64,000 nucleotides of DNA, from NCBI GenBank assembly GCA_951406725.2, contig OX597824.1, positions 82,770,001 to 82,834,000 on the forward strand, written 5' to 3'. The DNA comes from Octopus vulgaris (taxonomy: Eukaryota). The notes beneath the pieces were generated by a model, which saw only the letters and a program-made list of their open reading frames with translations, ran no database searches and was not told where the DNA came from. Positions 23,934-38,491 of this stretch are shown one piece after another (position 1 is the stretch's first letter; each line of letters opens with the position of its first letter). The translations under genes were made by a program, and so were the position numbers.

Positions 23934-24539
23934 TCGGTAGTGATGAAGTCTTTTGATGACAATGTCATCATCATCATCATCATCGTCATAAATTCTTTCT
24001 AATTTTGGCACAGCGTCAGTAATTTTTTAAGGGGAGGGGGACTAGTCGATTCTATTGGCACCCCAGTCAGTGTTCAACAGGTACTTTTTTTTTTATCCCC
24101 AATAGACGAAAGACAATGTCGACTTCGGCGGAATTCGAACTCGGAACGCAATGAACCAGATCATCACCGTCATCACAATCACCGTAAACTGTCGGTAGCA
24201 TCTTCGTTATTATTATTAATTAGTTTTTGCTTAAACTTTGTTTGTTCTCGGGAAAAGCATGACAGACACAACATAACATTTCACTTTCTTCCCGACTCTT
24301 TCTACCACCACCAACAACAACACCACTACCAAACGTAGTGGCGTCATTAAGATCATCATTATCATCATTATCATCATCGTCATCATCACCACCACCACCA
24401 TTAATTCCTAGATCATAGTAATTATCATTTATTTATTATTCAGTTCAGTACGAACTTAGATGGCTAAAGCGTACATAAGAACACGTGCGCTGAAATGACT
24501 TTCCGTGTAATGCAATTATAAAAGAGAGAGGAAGATTGG

Positions 24540-24593
<54 letters not shown>

Positions 24594-24816
24594 CCTTTTC
24601 TGAAAGCAGTGTGCCGGCATAACCGCAGTCCAAAGAAGGAGAGTGCGCAACGCGAGTATATAATAATAAATATATAAATACGTTTGCAATCGTTGTAATC
24701 GATAAATAGGAAAAAGCAGGAACTTCCCCCGTTCCGAGAAAACATTATAACCATAACAATAACACATGAGACAGAGTGAGACAGGGATAGACAGACAGAC
24801 AGACAGACAGACAGAG

Positions 24817-25123
24817 ACGCAGGCATGGTTTTGTGGTAAGAAGTTTGTTACCCCAACCAAAAGGTTCGGGGGTTCGGTCCCACTACGTGCGTGACACGTT
24901 GGGCCAACACGAAGTCTTTGGGAGTGGATGTGGTAGACGGAAAAATGAAAGAAGCCCGTCGTGTAATATATATCTGTGTGTTTGTGTGTGTGTCAGTGTG
25001 TCCTCCACTATCACTCGACAACCCGTGCTGGTTTGTTTACGTCCCCGAAAACTTAGCGGTTCAGCAAAAGTGTCCGATAGAATAAGTACTATCCTTTAAT
25101 ATATATATACAGACAGACATATA

Positions 25124-25172
<49 letters not shown>

Positions 25173-25250
25173 TTGTTTGCGTAAAAACCCTTCAAGGCGA
25201 TGCCCAAGCATGGCCGCAGTCCAATGATTGAAAGAAATAAAGAATAAAGG
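24817..25250 (+). mobile_element. Diverged full-length major SINE split by a (TA)n expansion
   Basis: tRNA-like head at 24820-24885 and tail GCATGGCCGCAGTCC..GATTGAAA. Confidence 0.75.
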
Positions 25251-25290
25251 TGTGTGTGTGTGTGTATATGTATATATATATACCTGTATG

Positions 25291-25323
<33 letters not shown>

Positions 25324-25887
25324 GCGTGCGCGTGTACACACCTACAGAATACGCACTTTTAAAGAGAGTGCTCTGTAATCATAATATTAGCAGTGCGAAA
25401 AAACCAAAATCTATCTATAGATGCTATTTCAGCTTTGCTTCTTTTTTTCTTCTTTTCTTTTCTTTGACTTTTAAATTCCGCATTAAAGCCGCAACAAATC
25501 TGGGAAACACATTTTTGACGGAAAGGGGCTTCCGTACATTTTGACGTAGCAAAATGAGGTGAGTGGTATCAGCGAATAATATATAATTGAAATGTTGCGG
25601 TACCATCAACATAAATTAATTTTTACACAAACATACACACAGATACAAGCGTCTTGCTTAGTAGTAAAAATAGCCATGCTTTTCCATGAACCACGTTTAA
25701 CCGGTCAAAGCTCCAGATATCGTATGATTGTATATATATATACATAAATATATAAACATACATACATACATACATATATATATATATCCTTAAAATCCTT
25801 AAAAATGTTTTAGCCCGAAGGCCACGGCCATGCTGGGGCACCACCGCTGTATATATATATATATATATGATGATGATAAAATCTTTT

Positions 25888-26063
25888 ATGTTCTATTTGA
25901 CTCAATCATCAGGTTGCGGCTATGCTGGAGCACTGCCTTTAAGAATATTTAGTCGAATCATTTGGCTCCAGTATTTTCGTCGAACCGCTGTGTCGCGAGG
26001 ATGTAAACACACTACCACCGGTTGTCAAGCGGTGGTGGGGCACAAACACAGGCGCACAGACAC

Positions 26064-26119
<56 letters not shown>

Positions 26120-26295
26120 GCTCACACAAACACGACGGGCTTCGATCAGTTTCCGTCTGCCAAATTCACTCACAAGGCTTTGATCGGCCTGAGGGTACAC
26201 GAGAAGACATTTGCCCAATGTGCCACGCAGTCGGACTGAACCCGGAGCCATGTGGTTAGGAAGTAAGCTATTTAGCACACAGCCACTCCAGAGCC
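25888..26295 (-). mobile_element. Diverged major SINE
   Basis: Head GGAGTGGCTGTG at the 26290 end; internal TA tract. Confidence 0.75.
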
Positions 26296-26464
26296 TAATA
26301 TTATATATTTTATAAGAAGATTGTTGATAGGGACTTCGAAGTTTCAGACCGTTAGCCTCTATCGTTCGGCTCTCTGGCCGAAACTTCGGTTATGTATTGA
26401 GTAATCTGTTAGTTTAATGTTAGACTGTTGTTGTTTTTTATTGTAACTCCAAACAAACATTATA

Positions 26465-26666
26465 CGAAGGGGTACTGAAAAGTTGGTGGCTTTAAGGATA
26501 CGGCAAAAGGCCTGGATGGCGGCCCAACCTTATGAGTTCTTTTACAGGGCTTAGGAAAACTGAAGGACCGCTGCAATAGGTGCATGAATCTGTTGAATAT
26601 AATCATAATTAACTGATCCTCCAGTATTTTCTTTTACTCAAGCCAGGAACATCTCAGCACCCTTCA
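26465..26666 (+). mobile_element. Mariner-derived MITE
   Basis: TA followed by TIR CGAAGGGGTACTGAAAAGTT...; right end AGCCAGGAACATCTCAGCACCCTTCA. The interior encodes KLKDRCNRCMNL, a remnant of the mariner transposase C-terminus (KL..RW.KC). Confidence 0.7.
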
Positions 26667-28235
26667 TTTGAGCGTATGTGAGACTGTGTGTAAGTTGGTG
26701 TGTATGTTTTTAAAGGGATAGATAGACTGACTGGGGTAAACCCACAATTGCTAGGTGTCAGCTATAGTTGCTTAACTCCAGGTCAGCACCGATCCAACAT
26801 CTTATTCAGATATTGTGTAAATCGACCTACAATGATCCAGAATAACTCTTTAGCATTAAAATACGGTTTGGAGAAAAATTTGCCAGCTATTTCTAGCAGG
26901 TCGACCTACAACGTAAGGGATTCCCTCGTTGGTTGGGTGTAGGTATGTGGTGTGTTTGTTATACAACCGTGTTGAATTCAAGTGTTTGCCACACCCAGGT
27001 AAACAATAGGTTGCGGGAGTGGGGATAAACGAGTAAATGGTAAATACGATGTGAATCCACACCACGTTTCAGACATTAGCAACATAAGCAACGGTAACAA
27101 TGATTCTAGGAACAACACAAAAACATTAGCAATGATTCTAGTAACAAAGTTAATAGGAACAATAACAACGACACGAGCAATAACAACTGCACTAGCAACG
27201 ATAAGAACTGTATTAGCAACATGGTTGACACGGGGGGAGTACAATAACATTAGGAGCAATGACAACGGCGTTAGCAACGCTGGCAAGAACGGCAACTCTA
27301 CAACAATAACAACGTTCGCAACAATGAAGGAAATCGGGGGGCAACAAATGGCGCTAGCAGCAATAATGGCGACGTTAGCAACAATAATAACAAGCAGTGA
27401 TAACGACAGCACGAGGAACAACAATAACAACTAGCAACAACAAAGCCAACGTTAGCAACAATAAGTTTATAAGGACAAAATCAGTAACAAAAACAAACAA
27501 AACAAATATCCAACCACCATCATTAACCACCGGCAGACTATATGGTCCCCGAAATTCTAGAAATAGCTACGAAATCTTCTTCAAATCACACTCCACTGTC
27601 TTAATTAAAATATGAAAGGCATACATTCAACTGATAGTAATTATGCTCGATACCACCCAAGAAAGGTGTGATGGCCATGAATAGAGGCTCTCTGATCGTG
27701 GATCAGAGTTGACTCGGGGTTAAACAACAACCATTATCGCTACCACCTTTAACTACTTCCACTACAAAAGTCCACGCCGTCGTCGCCATCACGACCATCG
27801 CTACCGTCACCGCCATATCTTCAGCGAGGTTAATGTGACATCTAATACCGCTGTAGAAGAAGTATGGCTGCGTGTATATTTATTTCCTTTTATTCCAAAA
27901 ATAGCCATGTGTAAACATCAATATTGGCAATTTAAAGAGTAGCGACGAGAATGTTGTAAATTAATGACAGTCTATATACCCTTGATACACGCGGTGTGTG
28001 TTAAAATGAACGACAGACAAAATGAAGGTGAGCCAGCGAAGTGGGTATTTTACATACGCACACACAGATGTAATAGCTAGAGGACGTGAACTGATTTAGG
28101 GTCTGCAATTTGTCAAAACTTCAGGACATAAACCAGTAATAAATATATATATATACACGCACACACAGACAGGGAAAGCGGTACATATTCTGTAGTATTG
28201 ACTGACACTCGTTATCAAATACACACGCGTTCTTA

Positions 28236-28304
28236 AAGACGCATGCACACATACGTATGTACACACGCGTGCATATATCTGCATATATGCATGTACTCTT
28301 GACG

Positions 28305-28391
<87 letters not shown>

Positions 28392-28555
28392 GAAAACAAC
28401 CCCTACACACACAGTCGTCTGCTGTTATCAACATGCCAGACTACGCACAAAGACGCATACACACATACGTAAGTACACACACGTGCATATATCTGCATAT
28501 ATGCATGTACTCTTGACGCATACACACACATATATATATAAATATATATATATAA

Positions 28556-28595
<40 letters not shown>

Positions 28596-28649
28596 ACAAC
28601 CCCTACACACACAGTCGTCTGCTGTTATCAACATGCCAGACTACGCACA
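28236..28649. repeat. Recent ~200-bp tandem duplication (2 copies)
   Basis: AAGACGCAT..TCTTGACGCA-(TA)n-TGAAAACAACCCCTACAC..GACTACGCACA occurs twice. Confidence 0.9.
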
Positions 28650-29869
28650 CAGAGTACATCGTCTGCTGACAACACAATAAACATGGCAGACATGCACACA
28701 GACAAGCAGCAGATAACATATCCAACTTCAACATCAAGTAGCAACGGTGGAGAAGTGTTCCTTTAAACCAATATCGATTTAGGTATTGATGCGGCATGCT
28801 GCCAAGGGTTTGTCAGTGGAAAAAAATATATATATATGTATATATGTATATATATCTTCCAGCAGCATCAATATCAGCGTAGCTAGAACGGGCGTCATTA
28901 ATATCATCACCAGACTGACATCACTATAGCGTTTAGAGCGATAAAGGAATTTACTGGGTTTTGAGGGGTTGTTATTTAGTGTGTATGTGTCAGTTTGTAT
29001 AAATATATATATACATATACTGAGAGCGTGTGAGTGCGTGCGTAGGTTATATATATATTTTTTTCTTCTCCCCTTTGCCAAGCATCATTTAGCTCGCCAA
29101 CATCAATAACACTACGACTGGCTGAATACAAAATGTGTCGGGAATTTAAGGGCTGTTAATATGTTTTGTTGCTGTTGTTGCATTTTTTAGTAAGGGTGTT
29201 GGTGTCGGGGTTATGAGCCCGTATATCAGTAGTGTATGGCTGTGTGTTGTTTGTGTTTATGTCTGTGTGTAGCTGTGCGAGTCGATTTTTTTTCTTTTCT
29301 TTTCGACGGAAAAGCAACAATGGAAGAGTAATGTTAATAAAAGCAATAATCGTTTTAAATATTACAAGGTTTAAATATTTTGAGTGGTAGGAGTGTATAG
29401 TCGTATAGACAAAACAATTTGACCAGAGTACTTTAATGGTGCTTCATTCTATTGGCGTCAGATGGGAAAAGAGTAAAGCTAACGTTTACGGTATTTGAAC
29501 TCACAACCTAAAACGAAACTGGTTACACTATGGCGAGATATTGTCGATTGGATCCACCCCAGTATTTTACTGGTACGTTATTTTGTTTACTTCAAAAGAA
29601 CAGAGGATCGAGTCGAACTCGGTCGGATTTGAATTTGTAACACGAAGAGACGTTACTAAATAACATATTGTGTCCGATGTTTTCTTGACTCTGCAGACAA
29701 CAAACCTCGTTCCAAACGAAGCAATATCTACGTGGTCACTGGATCTGCTAGAAATATCAGCCTAACTTCCGCAAATTACATATCCTACTCTTAATTATTA
29801 ATTGTACTGCCCACGGAGGAGTGAAAAGGTAAATTCGACCTCTTCACAACACACAAACACACCTCAACT

Positions 29870-30440
29870 AAATTCGTCTTGCCTTATGTCAATGGTAAAA
29901 TTTGAACAAAGTTCAGTCTTGTGTCACGTTTAAACTCAACTTTGAATCAAGTAAAGTCTACCTTGTGTCACGTTGAACTTTGATCTAGGATTAGTGTGCA
30001 GTGTGTCAAGTTCAACTTTCGACTAAGTTCTGTCTGCCTTATGTGTTGTTAAAGTTTGATCCAGGCTCAGGCTGCTTTGTGTCACGTTGAACTGTGATCT
30101 AGGCTCAGGCTGCCTTCTGTCACGTTGAACTGTGATTCAGGCTCAGGATGCTTTGTGTCATCTTGAACTTTGATCCAAGATCATTCTGCCTTGTGTCACA
30201 TTCAACTTTGATCCAAGTTCAGTCTTATTTGTATCACATTCAACTTTGAGCCAAGTTCAGTCTGCTTCGTGTCACGTTGAACTTCGAACCAAGCTCAGTG
30301 TCACGTTCAACTTTGAGCCAAGTTCAGTCTGCCTCGTATCATGTTCAGTTTTGAGTCAAGCATAGTGTGATTTGTGTCATGCTGAACTTTGAACCAAGCT
30401 CAAATAGTCATACTACGTTAAACTTTGAACCAAACTCAGT
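29870..30440. repeat. 38-bp minisatellite, about 14-15 diverged copies
   Basis: Unit approximately TGTCACGTTGAACTTTGATCCAAGTTCAGTCTGCCTTG. Confidence 0.9.
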
Positions 30441-31187
30441 TAATTATACGACATGAGCTACCGAGGAATCCTCTCTATTATTGCCTGACCTGCAAGAAGC
30501 AACAGTCGAATATCCATCCAGTTACACCTACCAACGTTACAAAAGGCAGGACACATAAGATAATGCAACCCCTGATATGCTTCGGGGAAAAAAGAGAGGG
30601 ACATATACGGGACACTGTCAGTGCTTAGGTACGAATCAGAGTGCTAGATGTAATACAAGTGCAGTATTTAGTTCCGATTCTTAGTGCTAGACCAAACACA
30701 CTAATACCATTTAGTTAACTATCTACATTCAGAGGTTCAAGTCTCACTGATTTCACTGAACTAAAGCAACAGTAGCAGCCACTGCTGTCTAACCCCAGAT
30801 CAACCTCGACAGAGCAAATAATATGATTCCAAAGATATACTAGTCGTGACCAACCTATCTTTCATGCAAACAGAATTACGTATGACTACATTATCCAAGA
30901 CTTGTGTTCCTCCTTTTAAAGTCAAAGCACGATCTGAAGGGATATTTGACTTCTATATCTAGCAGTGTCTGACGAACCACACAGATTTTTACTTGATGTT
31001 ATATGCTGCAGTCGATGAAACAGCTGGCAACTCATGGATGCAATGTCTTTATATTTCGGCAACATGAAACCAACAAACTACACCGAACGAAACCAGCTTT
31101 TTCATTTTACCTAGAATTCCACGAGCCAAAAGGATTCTAAAAGAGGTCGTTCGATTTGCTAGAAATAGCAACCACATCTCTTTCGCG

Positions 31188-31256
<69 letters not shown>

Positions 31257-31859
31257 TATAACCTATGCAATATGTTATATAATACACTAAATTATACATA
31301 TATACAATAACTTTAATATACCATATATTATATAATATACTACATATTATACACTAGATATAGTTGTATCATATATTCGATCGTATACTATAAATTATAT
31401 ACAAAATGACATACAATATTATAATAATAAAAATGATAATGAAATTATTGTATACAGTGCTCAGGTACACCATTACATACCAGATATACAAGACCAGAAT
31501 GGAACCTGTGCGCGATCGCTCGACCAGCTGGAAATAACAGCTAACTTACTTTCAGGTTTTAAAAAAAGGACACATTGGATAATGGATATAGATTTAGATT
31601 TATAGTAAGGTCATGGCTGGAATGCCTTTTATCAATCGGGATTTGGGCCCCACCCAGCCTAAATAATTGAAGGAAAACAGCGGGCAGTGGATGTAGTAAT
31701 TGATTGACTAACAGACGCTAATTGACAGGAATGTGAAATGCGATAGGCAAACGAATCCAAAGAACTAGTCTTCGGTGGCACAGAACAATCTGTCATTATA
31801 GCACAACACACACACATTACATTACACACACACACACACACACATTATATTACACACAT

Positions 31860-31902
<43 letters not shown>

Positions 31903-31904
31903 GC

Positions 31905-32125
31905 GTTGGATTTAACGGTAACCCAGGTAAGAAAAGAAAAAAAGATAAGAAAGACAGATACGGGTGAGCCTAGTAACCGAATCATAACGGTGAGAGATAA
32001 AAAGAGGGATTAACCAATCAACGATAACCTGCTTACCTTAAAGAGAATCTGATTGGTTGGTTGGTCTAGCCTTATTTAAACTGATAATGTTTATGTTTAA
32101 CCTACCAATGACTGGTTACTGTAAT
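31905..32125. promoter_or_regulatory. CCAAT-box cluster, promoter-like island
   Basis: CCAAT 32014-32018, ATTGG 32052-32056 and CCAAT 32105-32109, plus X-box-like GTAACCCAGGTAA near 31918. Confidence 0.3.
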
Positions 32126-32615
32126 AATGGTTGTTGTTGTTGTTTTGTAGGTCCAATGTCAGACCTGCTCAAAACGACAAAGTTCCAGCCGTGACCATCG
32201 CTCGTATTTTTTTTTTTTCTTTCAAGTATTAGCTAAGACTAGGTTCGTTTCATCCCAGTTCAGTGCAGCACGACAACATCACATAATTCGCGCGTAAACA
32301 CGACACGACACAACAGACAGCAACACAACAGACATTATTAACAGACTGATAGGGCTTCCTTCTTTTTGCTTATTAACATCAACTACTATTTAAAAAAAAC
32401 ACCAACACCACCACCATCACCATCACCACTACAGACATTATCACTAGTAATGCAGCTGAACTTGCAGTTAATGTATTCAGCGCATTTTGCATGGCCAACA
32501 TCTTCACCAAACCGACATACCAGACCAGCCAACAACATCTCCAGTACCATAAACACGAGATAGGAAACATGCTTGCCCACAGTTGACAAACCAGTAATAG
32601 TAGTAGTAATAGTAA

Positions 32616-32672
<57 letters not shown>

Positions 32673-33075
32673 CAGCAGCAAAACGAGCAATTATGATATT
32701 TTTACCGTTTATACAAATCACCTAACCATCATATTTAACACACACATACACATACACATGAGCGCGCAAACACACACACATGCGTGTACGAACACACACA
32801 CACATACACACATATATATATATATTACTTTGTGTGTTCCAGCCCAAAGGCTGTGTGGCCATGCTGGGGCACCGCCATCTATTATATATATATATATATA
32901 TAAATGCTGTGTGCACGCGCGCGCGTGCAATATGCCCCACCCCCACCACCCAAACAATTAGGAACGCGAGCATACACTTCTAACATTTCTTTATACAGCG
33001 CTGGTCCTTGTGGCAAATATATCCAGATATGTCTTACATAAAACAAACACTACCACCACCACCATCATCATCACG

Positions 33076-33115
<40 letters not shown>

Positions 33116-35294
33116 CGATCAGCATCACAATTGTTTACAAGTAATAATAATAATACAAAGACTATTGCTATATCTATATATATGTGTGTGTGTGTGTGTA
33201 TACAGACATTTAAAAAGGGATCTATCTAGAAGCAGTAACACTCCCCCACCTCACCTCCACCGTCGCCTCTTGTTCGTTGTACTTGCTCCTACTACTACTA
33301 CTACTACTACTACTACCACTACTACTCTTGCTTCGATCAGTCGCCATCGTCACCGCCTCCATCAATACCATAAATACAACATCCCCACCACCACCACTAC
33401 TACTATAACTACTACGAGTATTTACTACGATTGCCCGATGCGCCTCCCACTATATTGCCGCCGCCGCCGCCGCCTCAACCGCCGCCACCGTCACCGTCAC
33501 CATCACTACGAAACAGCCATTGATTCTGCAACAGCTAATACTACTACAAACAACACAACTACCCCTGCTGTTACTACTACTACTACTACAAATACTACAA
33601 TTGTTACTATCACCAGACACTATCATCATCATCATCATCATCACAATAGTCGCATTTAAACGCTACTACTGTTTATCATTTGGCTAATAAATATCGAACC
33701 CCTGTGTGTGTGGTCGTTCCGCGCCGCGCTAAAAATAGCAGTCATTAATCACTTAAAATCACACCCTACTGTCTGATGAGACTTTAGTAAAAAAAAAAAA
33801 AAAAAGGCGCAGTGGAACAAAAGGGAAGGTCCTAGGATCCCCCTTCCACACTTAGACATACATAGATATATATATATATATATATATGGGGAGAGGAGAA
33901 AGGACGGGATGGGCACGGCAGGAATGATTTGGATCAGGACTGACCTGGTGGATGTTAGTAGTGGTGGCGGTGGTGATGGGGGGGGGGGTGAGACAGGGTG
34001 GGTGGGGGGTTAAACAACGACGCCAACACCACACTACATGTGTTAATATCATCATCACCATCATCATCATCATCGTCACTACTACTACTACTACTACTGT
34101 CGATTGCCAGCATTTCCCGCCGCAACCACTACCACTACTACTACGACGACTACTACTACTACTACTACTACTACCTCTACTGCTGCTGCTGCTGCAATAA
34201 TTGCTATCACCGTTACCATCACCATCATTATCACATTAGTCGGATGTCAATATTTCCCGCCACTATCGCCGTCAACACCACCACCACCATCATCATCACA
34301 ATCATCACCACCACCATCATCATCATCACAATAACCCAATGTCAATATTTACAACCGCTATCACCATCACCACCACCACCACTACAACCACAACCACCAC
34401 CACCGATGCTGCTACAATTGCCACTACGACTACCACAATGACGACAACCACCACCACCACCACCATCATCACCATCACCACCACCAGCAATGGTCCAGTG
34501 TCAATAGTTACTGCTGCCCTCTCTACTACTACTACAACACATACTACCACCACCACCGCCTACGACCACTACCTCCAAACAGCTTTACGCTTGCTATCAC
34601 CCACCCTACTACTACAACACATACTACCATGAATTAACGATCCACTCTCAGCAAATATTTACATTTACTACTACTACTTCTACTACTACTACCACCACAC
34701 ATTACAACTAAAGCAATCATCATCAGTAGTAGTAGTAGTAGTAGTAGTAGTAATAGTAGTAGTAGTAACAGTAGTAGCAGCAATAACAACTGTATTGGTT
34801 ATACAATGTCACGGTCATTGCTACACCTACTAGCAATAGTAATGGTGATAGCTACTATCATCATGAAAATTCATCGCCATCATCACCATCATAATCACAT
34901 CTATCATCGCCATCATCATCATCAGCTTCATTGCAATCATTATTATTATCATTATCATCATCATCATCATCATTAACTAGCAACAGATACAACAATAACA
35001 TTAGGGATTGTTTTTTTTTGTTGTTTTTGTTGATTTTTTTTGTTGTTGTTGTCATCTACTGCAAAATGAGGAAGACACTAAACGGACAGCTGACCTACTA
35101 GAAATAGTAGCCAAATCGCTCTCAACTCATCATACATACGCTTGAATAACAGCAATAGCAGCATCAACAGGTGAGGAGGACGCAATTTAGAGGATGTTGT
35201 CCTGGATGCTTTCTTAACAAAACGGGAAGGTCGCGGTTGGTTACAAGGGTTGGATTGACGCCAAATCGATAGATATGTTACTACTATCATCATC

Positions 35295-35745
35295 ATCATC
35301 GCTATCATTAAGTATGACCACAACCACCATCATCATCATCATTGCTATCATTAAGTATAACCACCACCATCATCATCATCATTGCTATTATTAATTATAA
35401 GCACCACCATCATCATCATCATTGCTATCATTAAGTATAACCACCACCACTACCACCATCATCATCATCATCATTGCTATCATTAAGTATAACCACAACC
35501 ACCACCATCATCATCATCATCATTGCTATCATTAAGTATAACCACCACAACCACCACTACCATCATCATCATCATTGCTATCATTAAATATAAACATCAC
35601 CACCACCACCACCACCACCACCATCATTGCTATCATTAAGTATAAACCCCACCACCATCATCATCATCATCATCATCATTGCTATCATTAAGTATAACCA
35701 CTACCACCATCCTCATCATCATCATTGCTATCATTAATTATAAAT
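35295..35745. repeat. Compound minisatellite: ATTGCTATCATTAAGTATAA cores separated by variable (CAC)n(CAT)n
   Basis: About 10 cores are visible. Confidence 0.9.
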
Positions 35746-36581
35746 ACCATCATCATCATCATCATCATCATCGTCTCTGTCGCTGTCATCAGTCAACACG
35801 AGAAGAATTACTATTATCGAATTTAGCGCCCCCCCCCCCTATTCCCATTACCATAAACACCCATCACCAAGAGCGTAATAATAATAATAACAATAATTAA
35901 TAATAATAATGATAATAATAATAATAAGACGCCATGCCTCGAAACATCAGCATAATTAATTAAGGAACCACCACCACCATCATCATAATCAATATTACCA
36001 CCACCACCATACCACCACCACCCTTGCCACAGCCGAACATGTAAAGTACATTATATATATGCCGTGTCCCATTGTGTCCCGTAAGCTAGCTGTTCGATAC
36101 TGATCGATAGAATTTAGTACCAGGCTGGAATATGTACGGGGGGAATCGATACTGATATGATTAAACTAACCGTCGAAGGCGGTGCCCCAGCACAGCCACG
36201 TCTCTGCGTATTGCTATCGATATATCCAGCAGAAATTTTATTAAATGATATCTATCTAATTATACGCACAAGTACACATATATATACACACACGCACATA
36301 TACATATATATATATATATTTATATATGCACACACATGTATACATACATTTATCTATATATGCACACACATATACATGAATGTATATATGCACACACATA
36401 TATACATACATATGTTCACACACACACATATATACATATATATTCACACACACATATATACAACCACACATATACATACACACACATATATATATATATA
36501 TATACATATACACACATATATATGGATGTATATACATATACACACATACATATATACATATTCACACATATGTATATAAAT

Positions 36582-36614
<33 letters not shown>

Positions 36615-37175
36615 CAAACACACATATATACACGCGCATATATACACTACACACACACGTACATATGTAGTATTTTAGTACAACCGCATTACTATTTAGT
36701 AGTAACACGGGTAACACAAATAGTATGACACCAGCACTACCATCATACCAGCATTAGTACCACTATCGCCACCATCACCAACATCATCGCTATAGGCAAC
36801 AGCAATCGACACCACGACCACCGCCACAACCATCCACCACCACGAACACATAAAGTACACATGTACGCATACATTATAGATGAATACAATACTACAAGCG
36901 CTGTCACATCACTAATACTACTACTACTATTATTACTATCACCACCACCACCACCACCACCATCACACCGTCATCATCATCATCATCATCATCATCAATA
37001 CTTAGTGCTACCGCCAACAAACAACTGCTATATATACAAGCAATGGCGCCACCGCCGCAGCCACCACCACCACCATCATACCTTGAACTTGTGTGTACAC
37101 TACTGCACATAAATGTAGGCTCGTCATCGGAGTTTCCTAATGAAAAGATCGTCAGAGATAATACAGGGAGGGTAG

Positions 37176-37206
<31 letters not shown>

Positions 37207-37470
37207 TATATATATATACAGTGGGAGAGTTGCATAATGAAGGTGGGGAAAAGAAAAGATGGGAGGGGCGGAGGTTTTTTTTGACACTGCACTATTCCAT
37301 GCAGATGCAGAAGGCTCCCCTGGGTTATCTTATATCAAACCATATTGTGTACACACATGTAATGTATCCGTACATATGTATAAATGTGTATATAACACTG
37401 CTTACACTACAGTAGTACAAGATAGGGCATGCTCGTATTTTCGTGTAATTTGCGTGTGTGGTGTGATAGG

Positions 37471-37579
<109 letters not shown>

Positions 37580-37729
37580 GTTATTGCTGCTGCTACTACT
37601 ACTACTACTACTACTACTACTATATTACTAAGGTTACATGCAACACTGTCGTAGTTATGGGGTATTAAGATGTCAATAGAGGTTTAGTTCGGTTAACATG
37701 CATGTGTATAGTGTATATATCTATACGGG

Positions 37730-37766
<37 letters not shown>

Positions 37767-38015
37767 AAATAAATGTATGTATATAAATAGATGCTTAAAT
37801 GTAAGGTGTGGTGTTAATTAGTAGCTGGTGCGTCAAAATGTTTTGTATGCATGCGTATATATATATATATATTTCTTTACTACCCACAAGGGGCTAAACA
37901 CAGAGTGGACAAACAAGGACAGACAAACGGATTAAGTGCGTAACTGGTACTTAATTTATCGACCCCGAAAGGATGAAAGGCAAAGTCGACCTCGGCGGAA
38001 TTTGAACCCAGAACG

Positions 38016-38047
<32 letters not shown>

Positions 38048-38459
38048 TACGTGTGTGTGTGTATATATATGTATTTATGTTCGTGAAAACAACTAAGATA
38101 TCTACAGTGGCTCTATAGTAGCTGCGGTATGCATTAACATGTATGTTTCTAGATGCACTTTGCAATCTGCAGTTCATTGTGTTGTGTGTGCACTTGTGAT
38201 TAATATATGCATGCATATGTGTGTGCCAACAGAGAAGAAATCTGTAATAGAGCAGTTTAATGTATGTTTTGTCTTCGAAAGGCAGTTTTAAAATAGCAGT
38301 TAAAATACGCACACACACGTGTGTGTATATGTTGCATGCATGCATGTATGTATATGTATGTATGTATGTACGTATAGTGAAAAATGTCAAATAGTGGTTC
38401 ACTGTATGTATGGCTACATGCATAATGTCTAAATGCACTTTATAAAAATGGGTGTGTAC

Positions 38460-38491
<32 letters not shown>

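Noticed and set aside
26978-27434. Overlapping 127/150-aa ORFs, Thr/Asn- or Val/Ile-rich
   Set aside because: Degenerate (AAC/AGC) trinucleotide repeat with recurring TTAGCAAC; no domain.
29870-30440. CRISPR array or repeat-protein exon
   Set aside because: Head-to-tail units without unique spacers; 38 bp is not a multiple of 3 and stops are present.
33768-33790. CTGATGAG hammerhead core
   Set aside because: No downstream GAAA or stem III/stem I partner.
35295-35745. CRISPR-like repeat/spacer appearance
   Set aside because: The spacers are simple CAC/CAT runs, the context is eukaryotic and there are no cas genes.
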